In this document: in pieces, positions 22,989 to 49,513 of the stretch
How positions within the stretch are numbered: the stretch's first letter is position 1
Layout: each line of letters begins with the position of its first letter
Position numbers and translations under genes: made by a program
Notes under the pieces: model-generated
Seen by the model: only the letters and a program-made list of their open reading frames with translations
What the model was told of the DNA's origin: nothing
The model's database searches: none
Assembly: GCF_009914755.1 (NCBI RefSeq)
Contig: NC_060933.1
DNA from: the human T2T-CHM13v2.0 reference genome, Homo sapiens
Length of the DNA: 64,000 nt
Reading direction: 5' to 3' (one strand)

Positions 22989-23715
22989 GTTTGTTTTTGA
23001 GGGTCAGAATATTTTTCTTATAAAGATGGGTCAAGATGCATACATCCTATATTTATTTTGAATTTTTAAAGAAATTGAAAGGCTTAAAGATTTGATGGTG
23101 TAACTACAAATTTGAGCATGATTTCTCTTTATAGAACTAAATGTTGTTATCTAAAAGCTTTGTGATTATCCAAATATGTAGGCCTAACTTTGTGAGGTTC
23201 TTAAAGTTGGAGGGCCTTTCAAAAGAAGTCCTTTTTGAAAGTTTTTAAAACCAAAGAATTTAAGTTATATTCCTTGCTCATTATTTCTTGGATGTTTTCT
23301 AGATTTGGATGTTCTACCTGGCACTCATGAAAAATCAAGGGCCCTCCAAGTTTTGATTCCCTTTCCTTCATTGCTGCAGGGTAGGGGAATCTGTACTTTC
23401 TCATCATGTATGAGTTGAAATGAAGATGAAGTGGTGTATCAGTGGCAAAGATAATAGTAGATTTTATTAACCTGAATGTGCTTAAATCAATTAAAATGTT
23501 GTATTTTTTACAGATTAGTCAATTTACTGATCCAGAGATGTTTCATAGCATTGAGAACTATATCCGTCTTTTCTCTAATGTCTTTTCCACTTAAGTTATA
23601 TATTATGAAGTGTTAAACAATGAGATAACTCTTCTCTGAAAAGTACATTCAATTTATGGGAATATCAGACAATCAATGAAAAATAAAACACTGATATTTT
23701 AAAATAAAGTCCTAA

Positions 23716-26134
<2,419 letters not shown>

Positions 26135-26334
26135 TGAATTCTAACAAATTCAAAAGGCTGTTAGGTTGTTTTGTGAATATGTTACAAAGCATTTGCCTAA
26201 GGACCCAATACCTGGCAGGAATCATTTACACTATGGAGATTAAGGAAGTTCATCTTGAAGTAGCCTAAGAAAAGTAGATTATTATATTAGCTTATCTAAG
26301 ACACACTTAACAGGTCAAAATATGTATTTGTTAG

Positions 26335-26533
26335 GTGGTGAATTTGCGAGAAGCTGAACGGAAACAACAATTATATAATGAAGAAATGAAAATGAAAGTT
26401 CTGGAACGGGATAATATGGTTCGTGAATTAGAATCTGCACTGGACCATCTAAAATTGCAGTGTGACCGGAGACTGACCCTCCAGCAAAAGGAGCACGAAC
26501 AAAAGATGCAGTTGCTGTTACATCATTTCAAAG
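26335..26533 (+). pseudogene. KIF27P1: KIF27-like exon (VVNLREAERKQQLYNEEMKMKVLERD...LLLHHFK)
   Basis: ttag|GTG...TTCAAAG|gtaact, 199 bp, phase 0-1; matches ORF 26335-26550. Confidence 0.92.
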
Positions 26534-27516
26534 GTAACTTCCCCTTTTGACAGTTATGTAAAGTTGATGTGTAGGTGTGGGTACTGAAGGAAGATAGGAC
26601 AGAATTTGATCACTTAAAAGCTCAACATGTTTAAATAGTTGCTACTTAGACAAGTTTTTGGGCTTTACATGTTTTGGTTGCCGCATTTTGGGACAGTTGA
26701 CTTTGTTGTAGGGCTATTCATGCTTGGAATGCCATCCCTTCTGCCTGCCTCCAGTATGCACATAAGAACTGCTACAATCCTGTCAGCTTGTTGTTGGTCT
26801 AGTTTTTATGTAGAAATGTGGGATTGATTCAGGCTTTTTGGTATACAGTTGAATTTTTTTTTATTTCCCAGGGATATAATACTATCATATTTAAGTTATT
26901 TTCCACTCACAAAATTAAAGTGATAGGTTCTGTCATATTCCTAGTTATATTTCTGGTTATAATTGTCAGTTGATTATAAAATTTTATGCATTAAAGTAAT
27001 ATCTTGGGTCAAAATTATACTGCCATTGATGGGCACATACCATTATCAGTGAGCAGTAGTTCACCACCAACTCTGATAGAAAACTCTGAGAGTGATCTGG
27101 CCTCATTTTACCTAGGCATATGGCCAGTATACAAACAGCTACTATGGCAGCAAAATCATTGTTAGGTGATACTGTTACTCCTTCAATTCAGGCTGCTTAG
27201 TCTTGATTCTCATGAATCCATAGCTGAAAATAGATCAAAAGGGATCTAGAAGAAGCAACCTGAGTAAGCAGAAAATTGGAAAAATCTGTGAATTTGATTG
27301 TTGAGGCAATTTGCTTCTAAGTTAATTCTGTCACTGGTTAATTAGCAACCAGTTGCCTAATGACAATTTCCTGGCAAGATCTCACACATCATTACATTCA
27401 AACATGCTCTCCTTACCTTAGTTTGGTTCCGAAACTGATATTTTAATATTTTTTTAAGTGACTGGGATTATACCACAAAAGTTCATGCCATAGCCAAATA
27501 AGAATATATAAAAACT

Positions 27517-27812
27517 TGGCCAAACATGGTGGCTCATCCCTGTAATCCCAGCACTTTGGGAGGCTGAGTCAAGAGGATTGCTTGAGCCCAGAAGTTCGAG
27601 ACCAGCCTGGCCAACATGGCGAAACCCCATCTCTACAAAAGATACAAAAAACTAGCCAAGCGTGGTGGCACGCACCTGTAGTCCCAGCTACTTGGGAGGC
27701 TGAGATGGGAGAATCACCTGAGTCCCAGAGGTTGAGCCTGCAGTGGCTGTGGTCACACCACTGCACTCCAGCCTGGGTGACAGAGTTAAGACCCTGTCTC
27801 AAAAAAAAAAAA
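27517..27812 (+). repeat. Alu
   Basis: Alu consensus. Confidence 0.9.
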
Positions 27813-27965
27813 GTAAGAAAGTCATTCATTTCTATAGCTGTACAAATTGTTCATAACAAAGTTGTGGCTGGGTGCAGCGGCTCATGCCTGTAATCCCAGC
27901 ATTTTGGAAGGTTGTGGTGGGAGGCTTACTTGAAAGCAGCCTGGGCAGCATAGTGGGACCCCATC

Positions 27966-28484
27966 TGTATTAATCAAGGATCTCTAAAGGGACAGAATAG
28001 CATATATATATCATATATATGATATATATATAGATATATAAAATATATAGGATATATAAAATATATAGGATTTATATTATATAAATATATATATATAAAT
28101 ATAAAGGGGAGTTTATTAAGTATTGACTTACATGATCACAAGGTCCCACAATAGGCTGTCTGCAAGCTTGAGGAGCAAGGAAGCCAGTCCAAGTCTCAAA
28201 ACTAAAGAACTTGGAGTCTGATGTTCGAGGACAGGAAGCATTCAGCATGGGAGAAAGATGTAGGCTGGGAGGCTAGGCCAGTCTCACCTTCTTATGTTTT
28301 TCTGCCTGCTTTATATTCATTGGCAGCTTATTAGATGGTGCACCAGATTGAGGTTGGATCTGCCTTCCCCAGCCCACTGACTCAAATGTTAACCTCCTTT
28401 GGCAACACCCTCACAGACACACCCAGGATCAATACTTTGCATCCTTCAATCCAGTCAAGTTAACACTCGGTATTTACCGTCACA
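27966..28484 (-). mobile_element. MLT2A 3' LTR
   Basis: Homologous to 31630-32175, with an internal TA-rich tract. Confidence 0.92.
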
Positions 28485-31400
28485 AGTCCATCCCTTGTCA
28501 ACTTGAACTCATACACATCTCCTGAGATCATACATAATCTTCAAATAAAGACAATAATAAGGTTATAATTACACCTAACATAATACAACTATCCTTCGTA
28601 CAACCAGAAATGCACCAATCCCCAACCCAAATGCTATTACATAAAGTTAACAGTACTTAAATGCTGATGTGAAGTCAATAAATCTTATGTCACATGATAA
28701 AGGAAAAAGGAAATAAAATGAAGATATTTTCTTAGTACAAGTGTATACATGCACAAACATGTTTTTAACAAAATAAGGAGGAAATATGACAGTTACCGTC
28801 CTTGTTTCTGCAGCTGGTCACATGGTCATAGCTGGTATTGATGACCACCTTCTTCTGCTACCCATTCTTTATTCTCTTTGCCTTTAGCAAGCACCTCAGC
28901 ACGTTGTGGGTTTTTCTCCTAGTGGAGTGACCCAACCCTTCATTCCTGAAGGGTCTGGACCATTTGTAGTCCTGACTGGAATGGGCTGTTGTAGTTTCCA
29001 ATTGACCTTAATCACAGAGCATGGTAATACTAAGCGACACCCTAATGGATCTCCTGTATTTCTTGCATACTCTTTCTTACCTCTGTTATGGAGTAGTAGA
29101 CTGATTTCATCTTGATAGTCCAGGTCAGTCACCCCAGCCAATACTGTAACTCCCTTCTTAGCCTGCTGACTTAATGGTAGGTAGAGCCCAAAGTGTCCAG
29201 GTGGCAATCTTAACTTTCAGTTTAATGGAATCATTGTTGTGTCTCCTGTTGGCAGTGTTCCTTCCTCTGAAACAAAGACCTCTAGGCCAGCAGAACGTAA
29301 TGTTGTGGGAACAGGAAGCAAAAATGTTGCTAATGGATCACTAGGGGTGATGATGGGTGGTGCCACTTCCACTTCCACCCCTTGGTCCCTGGACTCGTGA
29401 ATCCTGACTATGGAAGAAACAGTACCATATACTGGATGCTGATGCAGAGCATACACGGCCTTCTGGAGAACTTTGTCCCAGTCCTGCAAAGTATTGTCAT
29501 GTAATTGGTGTTGTAATTGTGACTTCAAAAGGCCATTCCACCGTTCTATCAGTCTAGCTGCTTCAGGATGATGGGGACCTTCATCCTGCGAATGACCAGT
29601 GAATCCCATGAGCATGAGCCCACTGCCACACTTCTTTAGCCATAAAGTGAGTAACTTGGTCAGAGGCAATGCTGTGTGGAATACCATGACAGTGAATAAG
29701 GCATTCTGTGAGTCCATGGATGGTAATCTTGGCAGAAGCATTGCGTGCAGGATAGGCAAACCCACATCCGGAGTAAGTGTCTGTTCCAGTGAGGACAAAC
29801 CTCTGCCCTTTCTGTGATGGAAGAGGTCCAATATAATCAACCTGCCACCAGGTAGCTCGCCGATCACCCTGAGGAATGGTGCCATATTGAGGGCTCAGTG
29901 TTGGTCTCTGCTGCTGGCAAATTGGGCACTCAGCAGTGGCCGTAGCCAGGTCAGCCTTGGTGAGTGGAAGTCCATGTTGCTGAGCCCACATCCCTGCCAC
30001 CATGGCCACTTTGTTCATGGGCCCATTGGGCAATGACAGGGGTGGCTGGGGAAAGAGGCTGAGTGGTATCCACAGAATGGGTTATCATATCCACTTGATT
30101 ATTAAAATCCTCCTCTGCTGAGGTCATCCGTTGGTGAGCACTCACTTGGGATACAAATATCTTCACAGTTTTTGACTACTCAGAGAGGTCCATCCACATA
30201 CCTCTTCCCCAAAATTCTTTTGTCACCAGTCTTCCAATCATGCTTCTTCCAAGTCCCTGACCATCCAGCCAAACCACTGGCTACAGCCCATGAATTGGTA
30301 TATAACCGCATATCTGGCCATTTCTCCTTCCATGCAAAGTGCACAACCAGGTGCACTGTTCGAAGTTCTGCCCACTGGGAAGATTTCCCTTCACTGGTAT
30401 CCTTCAGGGATGTCCTAGAAAGGGGCTGTAGTGCCGCAGCTGTCCACTTTCAGGTGGTGCCTGCATATCGTGGAGAACCGTCTGTGAACCAGGCCCTAGT
30501 CTTCTCTTCCCCTGTCAACTGATCATAGGGAACTCCCCATGAGGCCATCGGTGCAGGCTGGAGGAGAGAAGGCAGGGTGGCGAGTGGAGACCATGGGCAT
30601 TTGTGCCACTTTCTCATGTAACTTATACCTTCAGGACCTGCTTGAGCCTGATCACATATATAGCATTTCCATTTGATGATGGAATGCTGCTGTGCACGAC
30701 CCACTTTATGGCTAGATAGGTCAGAAAGCACCCAGTTCATGATAGGCAGTTCAGGTCGCATGGTGACTTGATGACCCATAGTCAAACGTTCAGTTTCCAC
30801 CAAAGCCCAGTAACAGGCCAAGAGCTGTCTCTCAAAAGGAGAGTAGTTATCTGCAGAAGATGGCGGGGCCTTGCTCCAAAATCCTAGAGGCCTCCACTGT
30901 GATTCACCTATGGGGGTCTGCGAGAGGCTCCAAACAGCATCCCTATCTGCCACTGACACCTCAAGCACCATTGGATCTGCTGGGTCATATGGCCCAAGTG
31001 GCAGAGCAGCTTGCACAGCAGCCTGGACCTATTGCAGAGCCTTCTCCTGTTGTGGACCCCATTCAAAACTGGCAGCCTTTCAGGTCACTCAATAAATGGG
31101 CCAGAGTAACACACCCAAATGAGGAATGTGCTGCCTTCAAAATCCAGATAGGCCCACTAGGCATTGTGCCTCTTTCTTGGTTGTAGGAAGGGCCGAATGC
31201 AGCAACTTATCCTTCACCTTAGAAGGAATATCTCGACAGGCCCCACACCACTGGACCCCTAGAAATTTTACTGAGGTAGAAGAGTTCATCATTTTCTTTC
31301 ATCAGTTTGTCCACTGAACTGAGGAGCAACCAACCAGCTTCATTATGTTCCTTGGTTCTCCACATATGGTCAAATTTATTACATAGAGTCACTAAACTCC

Positions 31401-31629
31401 TTGCCTCTCACGAGCAGTGAATCAGGAGTGTCAAATGCATTTATTTTGCATAATTCTGTAAACAGTTCATGCCAAGGACTATCAGTGTTCTCCATACTAT
31501 TAGGAGTAGAGTCCTTAGCATTTTTGGGTCTAATCAGATTAAGCAGCCAACTCCAGAAACCCCAAAACCAACAAAAGAACTCCATCCTTAATATTCTGTT
31601 CCTTTAGAACCACTCCTGGTACCAAAACC

Positions 31630-32175
31630 TGTATTAGTCAGGGTTCTCTAGAGGGACAGAACTAATAGGAGATATATAGATATAGATATAGATATAGATA
31701 TAGATATAGATATAGATATAGATATAGATATAGATATCTATATAAATATAAATATATATAGCTATCTATATAAATATCTATATCTCTATATATATAAAGG
31801 GGAGTTTATTATTAACTTACACAATCACAAGTTCCCACAGTAGGCTGTCTACAAGCTTGAGGCACAAGGAGAGCCAGTCTGAGTCTCGAAACTGAAGAGC
31901 TTAGAGTCTGATGTTTGAGGACAGGAAGCATCCAGCATGGGAGAAAGATGTAGGCTGGGAGGCTAGGTCAGTCTCGCCTTTTTCTGCCTGCTTTATATTC
32001 ACTGGCAGCTGATGAGATGGTTCTCACCAGATTAAGGGTGGGTGTGCCTTCCCCAGCCCACTGACTCAAATGTTAACCTCCTTTGGCAACACTCTCACAG
32101 ACACACTCAATACTTGGCATCAATACTTGGCATCTTTCAGTCCAATCAAGTTGACACTCAATAGTAACCATCACA
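31630..32175 (-). mobile_element. MLT2A 5' LTR with (GATATA)n tract
   Basis: Homologous to 27966-28484; (GATATA)n at about 31671-31740. Confidence 0.92.
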
Positions 32176-33325
32176 CCATCTCTACCAAAAATTTAAAAAA
32201 TTAAGCCGGGCATGGTGGCATGTGCCTGTGGTCCCAGCTACCCTGGAGGCTGAGGTGGGAAGATTATTTGAACCCAGGAGGTTGAAGCTGTAATGAGCCA
32301 TGATTGCACCACTACACACTCTACCCTGGGCAACAGGGTGAGATGCTGTCTCGAAAATAATAGTAATAGAAAATAAAATAAAAACAAAGTTATAACTGAC
32401 AATGCTAACAATTCATGCATTTTCTAATTTCAACTGAATATCAGACATAAAATTAAGTTGATTTATATGACATACTTTATGGGGATTCTGATTTATGATC
32501 TCATTAATTTTAAGTATTTTTTAAAACAAGATGATGGACTAATTTAAAATATACAAATATACTTAAACAAAATTCTACAAAACAGCCAATTGTAGCCAAA
32601 GAAAATCACAAACCAGTAGGATCATTTTATAAATATGCCAGTAGGGGAGAGTAGGTCTGAAATTATGTTTTTTCTGAAGGTTAGTAAACTGGATTTCACT
32701 GGTTCAAGAGCATAACCCAATGGAGACAATGTTAGACATTCATAAATATTAATGAAAATATTAATAAAGTTTCTAAACTTTATTACCTGTAAACTTAAAG
32801 TTTAGAAACTTTAAGTTATATTGTGGCATAAACTAGAACTTTATGCTGGATTATATTCCCTCTTCTTTTTCTGTGGTGTTTTCCTTTGTGATTTAGTCTT
32901 TATGGCCTCTTTTAACAGGTTTTGGTTTTTGTGGGGGTTTTGGCTGTATATTTCTTGGGCCTATAAATCCTAGTCATGTGACTTTTTATATAACCACAGT
33001 TCCTGATATAAACTTTACAGAAGATACTAAAGCAGCCAATGAACAGAGTTCCAAACTTGAACTTTTTATAGAAAACACCTTACTTCTGGTGTTCTAAGGA
33101 TAGGTCTAGTTGGTAGCTACTGCAAAAAAAATCTTATGAAAGTGTGAGGGTTGGTAGGGGGTAGGATGGAGGTGACTAAGGGCTCAATCCTACTTTGGGA
33201 AATTTTACAGGCAGAAAAATCCAAATTGTAGCTGAAAACAAACCCATTCAGGTAACAGATATGTGTAACATGCTTCTTATCCTTTAAATATATAGTCCAG
33301 GGCCTATGTTAAAACATAATTTTGC

Positions 33326-37883
<4,558 letters not shown>

Positions 37884-38591
37884 TCAATATGTTGAAGTTA
37901 GCATTTTTCATCATATTAGGTCTAGTACCTGTATGCATTTCTCTTAAGCAAGTTTTTGTCTTTGCTATTAGACATTCTTTGATTTAAGAACCTCTAGCTT
38001 TGATCTCTTCACTCTAATTCCAGTGGGGTGTCCCCACCAAGGGCATATTCTCTCATCTCCATTTCGATGACAGAAATTGTGGCGCACACCCCAGAGTACA
38101 TTCAGACAGCAGAACCCTGCTATCATGCTGGGAGTGCCAACCAAGGCCAGATTCCCACACATATAATGCCAAGTCCCAGAGTTTTCCCTCGAGATATGGG
38201 GCAGAGCCAATATTATCCAGTGCTGGCATCACTTGGCCATGATTTAGAATTCACTAGTAGCAAGAACAGCAGAGAAGGCAGGCATGGAAAGGCACCAGAG
38301 GTGCCCAAAGCACTCTTATGTTTCCAGGGAGTACCAAACCCCCAAAAGACTATTTCTCAATTTGTTCCATGAATTAAAGTTGTGAGTTATTCACATGCAA
38401 GATGCCTGTAAGTGAAATAAAAATATTCATATTCACACATCTGTTCATCTAAAATAAGTCATTTAACAAAAAAGTTGAACAACATTATGCATATTGGGTG
38501 ATAATAATGTATTTATGTTAAGATGTTTTGATTAAAACACCTAATTTTGAGGAAATAATATCTAATTTTTTGGTTTGGGGATTATTTTTAG

Positions 38592-39071
38592 ATCATGAGG
38601 CTGGAGATGGAGTCCTGAAGCCAGAAGGAGGCATGCTTTCAGAAGAATTAAAATGGGCATCCAGACCTGAAAGTATGAAATTAAGTGGAAGAGAAAGAGA
38701 AATGGACAGTTCAGCAAGCAGCTTAAGAACACAGCCAAATCCTCAAAAGCTCTGGGAAGATATCCCAGAATTACCTCCAATTCATAGTTCTTTAGCACCC
38801 CCCAGTGGGCATATGTTAGGTAATGAGAATAAAACAGAAACAGATGATAATCAGTTTACAAAATCTCAGTCGACTGTCATCCCAAATTCAGGTTGTGGGA
38901 AATGTGGGACGACTTCATGGTGTCACACCTGTAAAACTGTGTCGAAAAGAATTACGTCAAATTTCCGCCTTGGAACTATCATTGCGACGTTCCAGTCTTG
39001 GAGTTGGCATTGGATCAATGGCTGCTGATTCCATCGAAGTATCTAGAAAACCAAGGGACTTAAAAACTTAG
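38592..39071 (+). pseudogene. KIF27P1: KIF27-like terminal coding exon with a 2-bp deletion
   Basis: ttttag|ATCATGAG...; ORFs 38528-39028 and 38823-39071 hold the two halves, which switch at TKS/SRLSSQ near 38867; original stop TAG at 39069-39071. Confidence 0.92.
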
Positions 39072-39356
39072 ACATTGAATAATAGAACTTTTAGTAGATA
39101 TGTAAAAAGATTCCTTTTTCTAACCTGTTAAAAACTAAAGCTCAAGTTCACTACCTCTTTCCTCAGCATAAAGGAAGAAGGGGAGGAAGGAATCCCTAAT
39201 TCTTTTATATGCTATAGATGTGTACATCTTCTATATATATTCGGGGAGTTTTAGTTTATATTCCCATAGTAATCAAACATGTTTTCCAATACTTGATAAC
39301 ATTTAAATATTTACATTTATAAATACGCTTAAATGTTTTTCCAGGCATATTTGAAG

Positions 39357-39362
39357 AATAAA
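39357..39362 (+). other. Candidate polyadenylation signal of the KIF27-like 3' UTR
   Basis: AATAAA about 290 nt after the stop codon; usage unverified. Confidence 0.35.
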
Positions 39363-41754
39363 ACTAGTAATAGACTAAAATATCTATCAAGTATGTATTA
39401 CTATATAATATAAATGTACATTATAAAAGTATGTTACAATATAACTATATTATTGTTATTCTCAAATACAAGTATATTGTTATTTTTTAAAAGATCCAGC
39501 TAAATCTTGCTTTTGTCAGAGGGAGTCACCTGCTGCATATGTGGGCTAAGACAACCTCTCAGCTTTATGGATTGAGGCTCATTTACAGTCCTCAGAGCTC
39601 ACAGAAATGGTCAGTCTTGACTTTTTAAACATGCTCACTGTTCTGTTTCTGGAAATTTTTTGGATTTTTAAAAATTTATAATGCTATCTTTTTTGTTTGC
39701 TAATATTATGCAATATAAGTTTTCATGTCTTTCCTGCTCTATACACTCAATATATCTCTCATTATGTTACTAAAACTGGGAGAAATGAATGCTGTTCCAT
39801 GGAACACGGAAATTATAGAATAAAACTAAAGCATTCTAACATTTCAAGAGAAAGAACACTGGTTATGACATCTCTGGTCACATGGAGTATGTCTGTAAAG
39901 CTTGAAGTCTTGCTAAAGCATCTTTAATGATTTGATAGGCTTCAAGTCTGATATTTTTTTCTATAACCTCCTTAGTCAGGCTTTGCACACTGGCCAAACT
40001 ACACTGGGGCTGTAAATATGTCAATGAAATTTTTACTAAAATCTCCAAGTTTTTCTGGTCAAAATTTTACTATATAATGTACAATTTAGTTTGGAATTAA
40101 GAACTAAACAGTTTGCACACCAAATGTAGTTTGTACTTTTTAACCATATTTTTCAGTTATAGGAAACATCCATTGTAATGACCTGAGGAATTATTTTGTT
40201 ATTTAGGTTGTTCTTTGTTACTTTTCCAAAACACTTGTAAACCGAAGTTGAGTTTCTTAAACTAATTAATGTTTGGTTGGGGGCTGTAGCAAAACCATCC
40301 TGACATGGATGCTTACTCAGAGTCACCCACTTCCTTGCGGAATCCATTTTTTCTGATGTAGTGCTGCTACAGACCTTTTCCTTTTGTCCTTTCCTCTGTT
40401 GCTGTGGATTTGATCATCTCACATAGGACCCAAACTGTCACCCTGTGCTCAAAGACTCAAGGCTTCCTTTCTCTCATTGCTAGCCCCTAGGGAGTAGAGT
40501 TTCTTGGTCTCCTTGCTAAAAACCAGTTCCTTTAAGAAACAAACCAAAACAAAACAAACTTATAAAAAGGAAAATAGTTTATCTCTTAAGCATGGTACTA
40601 AAATTTATTTAAATTAAATAGACTTCTGTGGACTTACCTGGGAATGAAACAATTTATAAATATTGGTCCAATGAGATACTATTTTCTAAATTTCAAAAAA
40701 CGAATTTACAAACTAACTGGGAAATTTTATTTTTACCAGAGACTGTTTGAAGTCAGATTCTGGTTTCCAGCTAGTCTTCCACTTTTATAAATTTATGTAT
40801 ATTTATATATAAATATAAATCATAGAAACCAAAGGTAAAACATACACATTATAAATATGTATAAATGCACTGACCTTTTGCCATTATTATATATATTTCA
40901 TATATATATATATACACTTGTACCTATACAAGTATATAAGGAAATGTGTTTGTATATCCATAGGTAAAACAAGTATGTGTAAATTAATTATTTCTAATTA
41001 AGGCATAGCACATGATCTTACAAGGAACTTATAATGAGGACCTTTGTTAATAAATACATATTTATTTAAATATATTATTGCTATGCTTTGTTGAAGGCAC
41101 TGACCTTTTACCATTATAATATATACACTTGTATATAAACACTTGTATATATATAGTATTATATACTTGTATATAGATATAGATATAGGGTATACATTAT
41201 ACATTATTTCACTTTATATTATTTAATATGATTTTATATCATGATATATCATTATATAGCTATAATGTATATATAGATACACTTGTATATATACATAGAT
41301 ATAGATATATATAATGGCCAAAGGTCAGTGCCCTTAACAAGCACAGCAATATTTATAAATAAATATTTATTAATGAAGATCCTAATAATAAGTTCCTTAT
41401 AAGATTAAGTAATGTGCTATGCGTTATTTAGGAATAATTCATTTGAGAATGTATTCTGATACTGGAATCCTACTTGCTCAAGAAATTAACACATACTTGT
41501 TTTACCTGTGGAAATACACATTTCCTCAAAGCCAACTCACTAATAAAGCAAGAAAATTTATATCAAAACAACGATTAGGTTTGATTATGCAATTGTGAGT
41601 TGCTTTCTAAATAACAAAGGTATGGTGTTTTTCTTCCTTTTGGTTAAACATATATCCTTTATATATATGACAGATTTCATGCCACATATGCAAACACACA
41701 TATAAATAACGTCGTGAATAATATATTCTGGAAATCAACCTCTGGTCATTCTAG

Positions 41755-46650
<4,896 letters not shown>

Positions 46651-46769
46651 GTAAACATACTGATCAAAAAATGCTCTTCTAATGTATGCATGCCCAAAAG
46701 AAGCAAGTATCATAAATTGTATCTGAACATGGAAATCACATCCAACCAGCTTTGATGGAAGGAGAAGAG

Positions 46770-47462
46770 CACTTTACAGTTTTAAGTCTTACATTTGGGT
46801 CTTTGATCAATTTTGAATTAGTTTTTGTACATGGTATGAGTTAAGGGTCCAACTTCATTATTTTGCATGCAGATATCCAGTTGTGTCAATACAATTTGTT
46901 GAAAAAAACTATTCTTTCCTCATTAAATTGTCTTCATACATTTGTTGAAAACCAATTGACCACACAGGTTTATTTCTGGACTCAATTTTATTCCACTGGT
47001 CTATATGTCTGTCCTATGACAGACTGTACCACACTGTCTTGATTATGTAGTAAATCTTGAAGTCGAAGTGTGAATCCATGAACTTTGTTCTTCTTTTCCA
47101 ACATTTGTTCGTTATTTGGGGTCCCTTAAGTTTCCATATGAATTTTAGGACCAGTTGTCCATTTCTACAAAGAGGGAGATGGAATTTTGATAGGAATTGC
47201 ATTGAATCTGTAGATCAATTTGGGGAGTACTGCCATCTTAGCAATATTCAGTCTTCCAATCCATGAACATGGGCTGTCTTTCCATTCTTTTAACCATGTT
47301 TTTTAGTTTTCAGTGTACATGTCTTACACTTCTTTGGTTAAATTTATTTCTAAATATTTTATTCTTTTTGATGCTACTGTAAGTGGAATTGTGTTCTTAA
47401 TTTCATTTTCAGATGGTTCATTGCTAGTGTCACGAAATACAACTGCTTTTTATATATTGATC
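46770..47462 (-). mobile_element. L1M ORF2 fragment
   Basis: Minus ORF 47014-47202 resembles ORF2p (LKFIWK...TVWY). Confidence 0.8.
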
Positions 47463-48383
47463 ACTATTTATTTTTAGTGGATAGTAAATTGGTTTAAGAA
47501 CACATGCCATGAGTCAAGAAACTTAGGTGGTGCTTACCCATACAAACTAATTTAATGAGCAAAAACCCCAACTACTTTTTTGTTGTTGTTGATAAAATTT
47601 TAGCTGGTTATTTTTAAGACTGTCTCTTTAGGAATTGTTTCTATTTTATTTCTAGGTTAAGGGTGGTATGAGCACAGTAGGTCATTTGGCATTTGTAGTC
47701 TATAGTATGAGATCTTTCCTATAAGTGAAACACAAAGGAATAATCCTGAGCAACCCATGTCTCTCTGTATCTTGAGAATACTTTGTATATATTCTTCAAT
47801 GCTATATACTGTATTTTAAAGATTAATTATAATGCTGACTAATTTATTCAATAAACTTCTGTGTGCTAGGTCTTCATGCTGAGTGCTAAATGCTAAAAGA
47901 AACAAAGCTTAATAAACCACAGATCCATCCACCAAAGAACATACAGCCTGTTGAGGAAAGACAGACAAGTAAACAGGCAGTTACATTTGAGTTTGTTCAT
48001 TCAACAACCATTTGAATGCGAACAATGAGCCTGGCACTGTAGTGACATACCAATGAGTAAAACAGACCCGGTCTCTGCTTTTAAGGGGCTCACAAAGTAA
48101 AGAGGAATATAATGACTCTGGTAAAAATATAGAGGGTACTGTGGGAGTATGGAGGAAGGGCACCTAACTTTTAGGGGTAAGGTAAGTGAGAACACATGGT
48201 ATTTGGTATTCTGGTTCCTGCACTAATTCGTTTAGGATAATTGGCCTCCAGCTGCATCCATGTTGCTGCAAAGGACATGATTTCGTTGTTTTTTATGGCT
48301 GTGACTATTTCTCCTGGAGGTTTTTATCCCTTTCTTCTTCTTCTTAGTTTTTTTTTTTTTTTTTTTTTTTTTGAGACGGAGGC

Positions 48384-49513
<1,130 letters not shown>

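Larger units (their letters stand above)
27966..32175 (-). mobile_element. HERV-L provirus with MLT2A LTRs, internally deleted (gag to RT)
   Basis: LTRs at 31630-32175 and 27966-28484 (TGTGA...TACA on -). PBS-like TGGTACCAGGAG after the 5' LTR and PPT before the 3' LTR. RT/RNase H (30450-31016), integrase (29581-30033) and dUTPase-like (28896-29207) ORFs. TSD CCATC at 27961-27965 and 32176-32180. Confidence 0.95.
27866..32385 (+). repeat. AluJ-like element split by HERV-L (27866-27965 plus 32176-32385)
   Basis: Left arm ends ...gaccCCATC and resumes CCATCtctaccaaaa after the provirus. Confidence 0.88.

Noticed and set aside
40153-40347. Minus-strand 64-aa ORF MDSARKWVTL... in non-repeat DNA
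   Set aside because: No splice acceptor, homology or promoter evidence; the length is within chance expectation.
47656-47665. Possible further micro-exon (ttctag|GTTAAGGGTG|gtatga) of the fossil gene
   Set aside because: Phase-compatible but too short to support.
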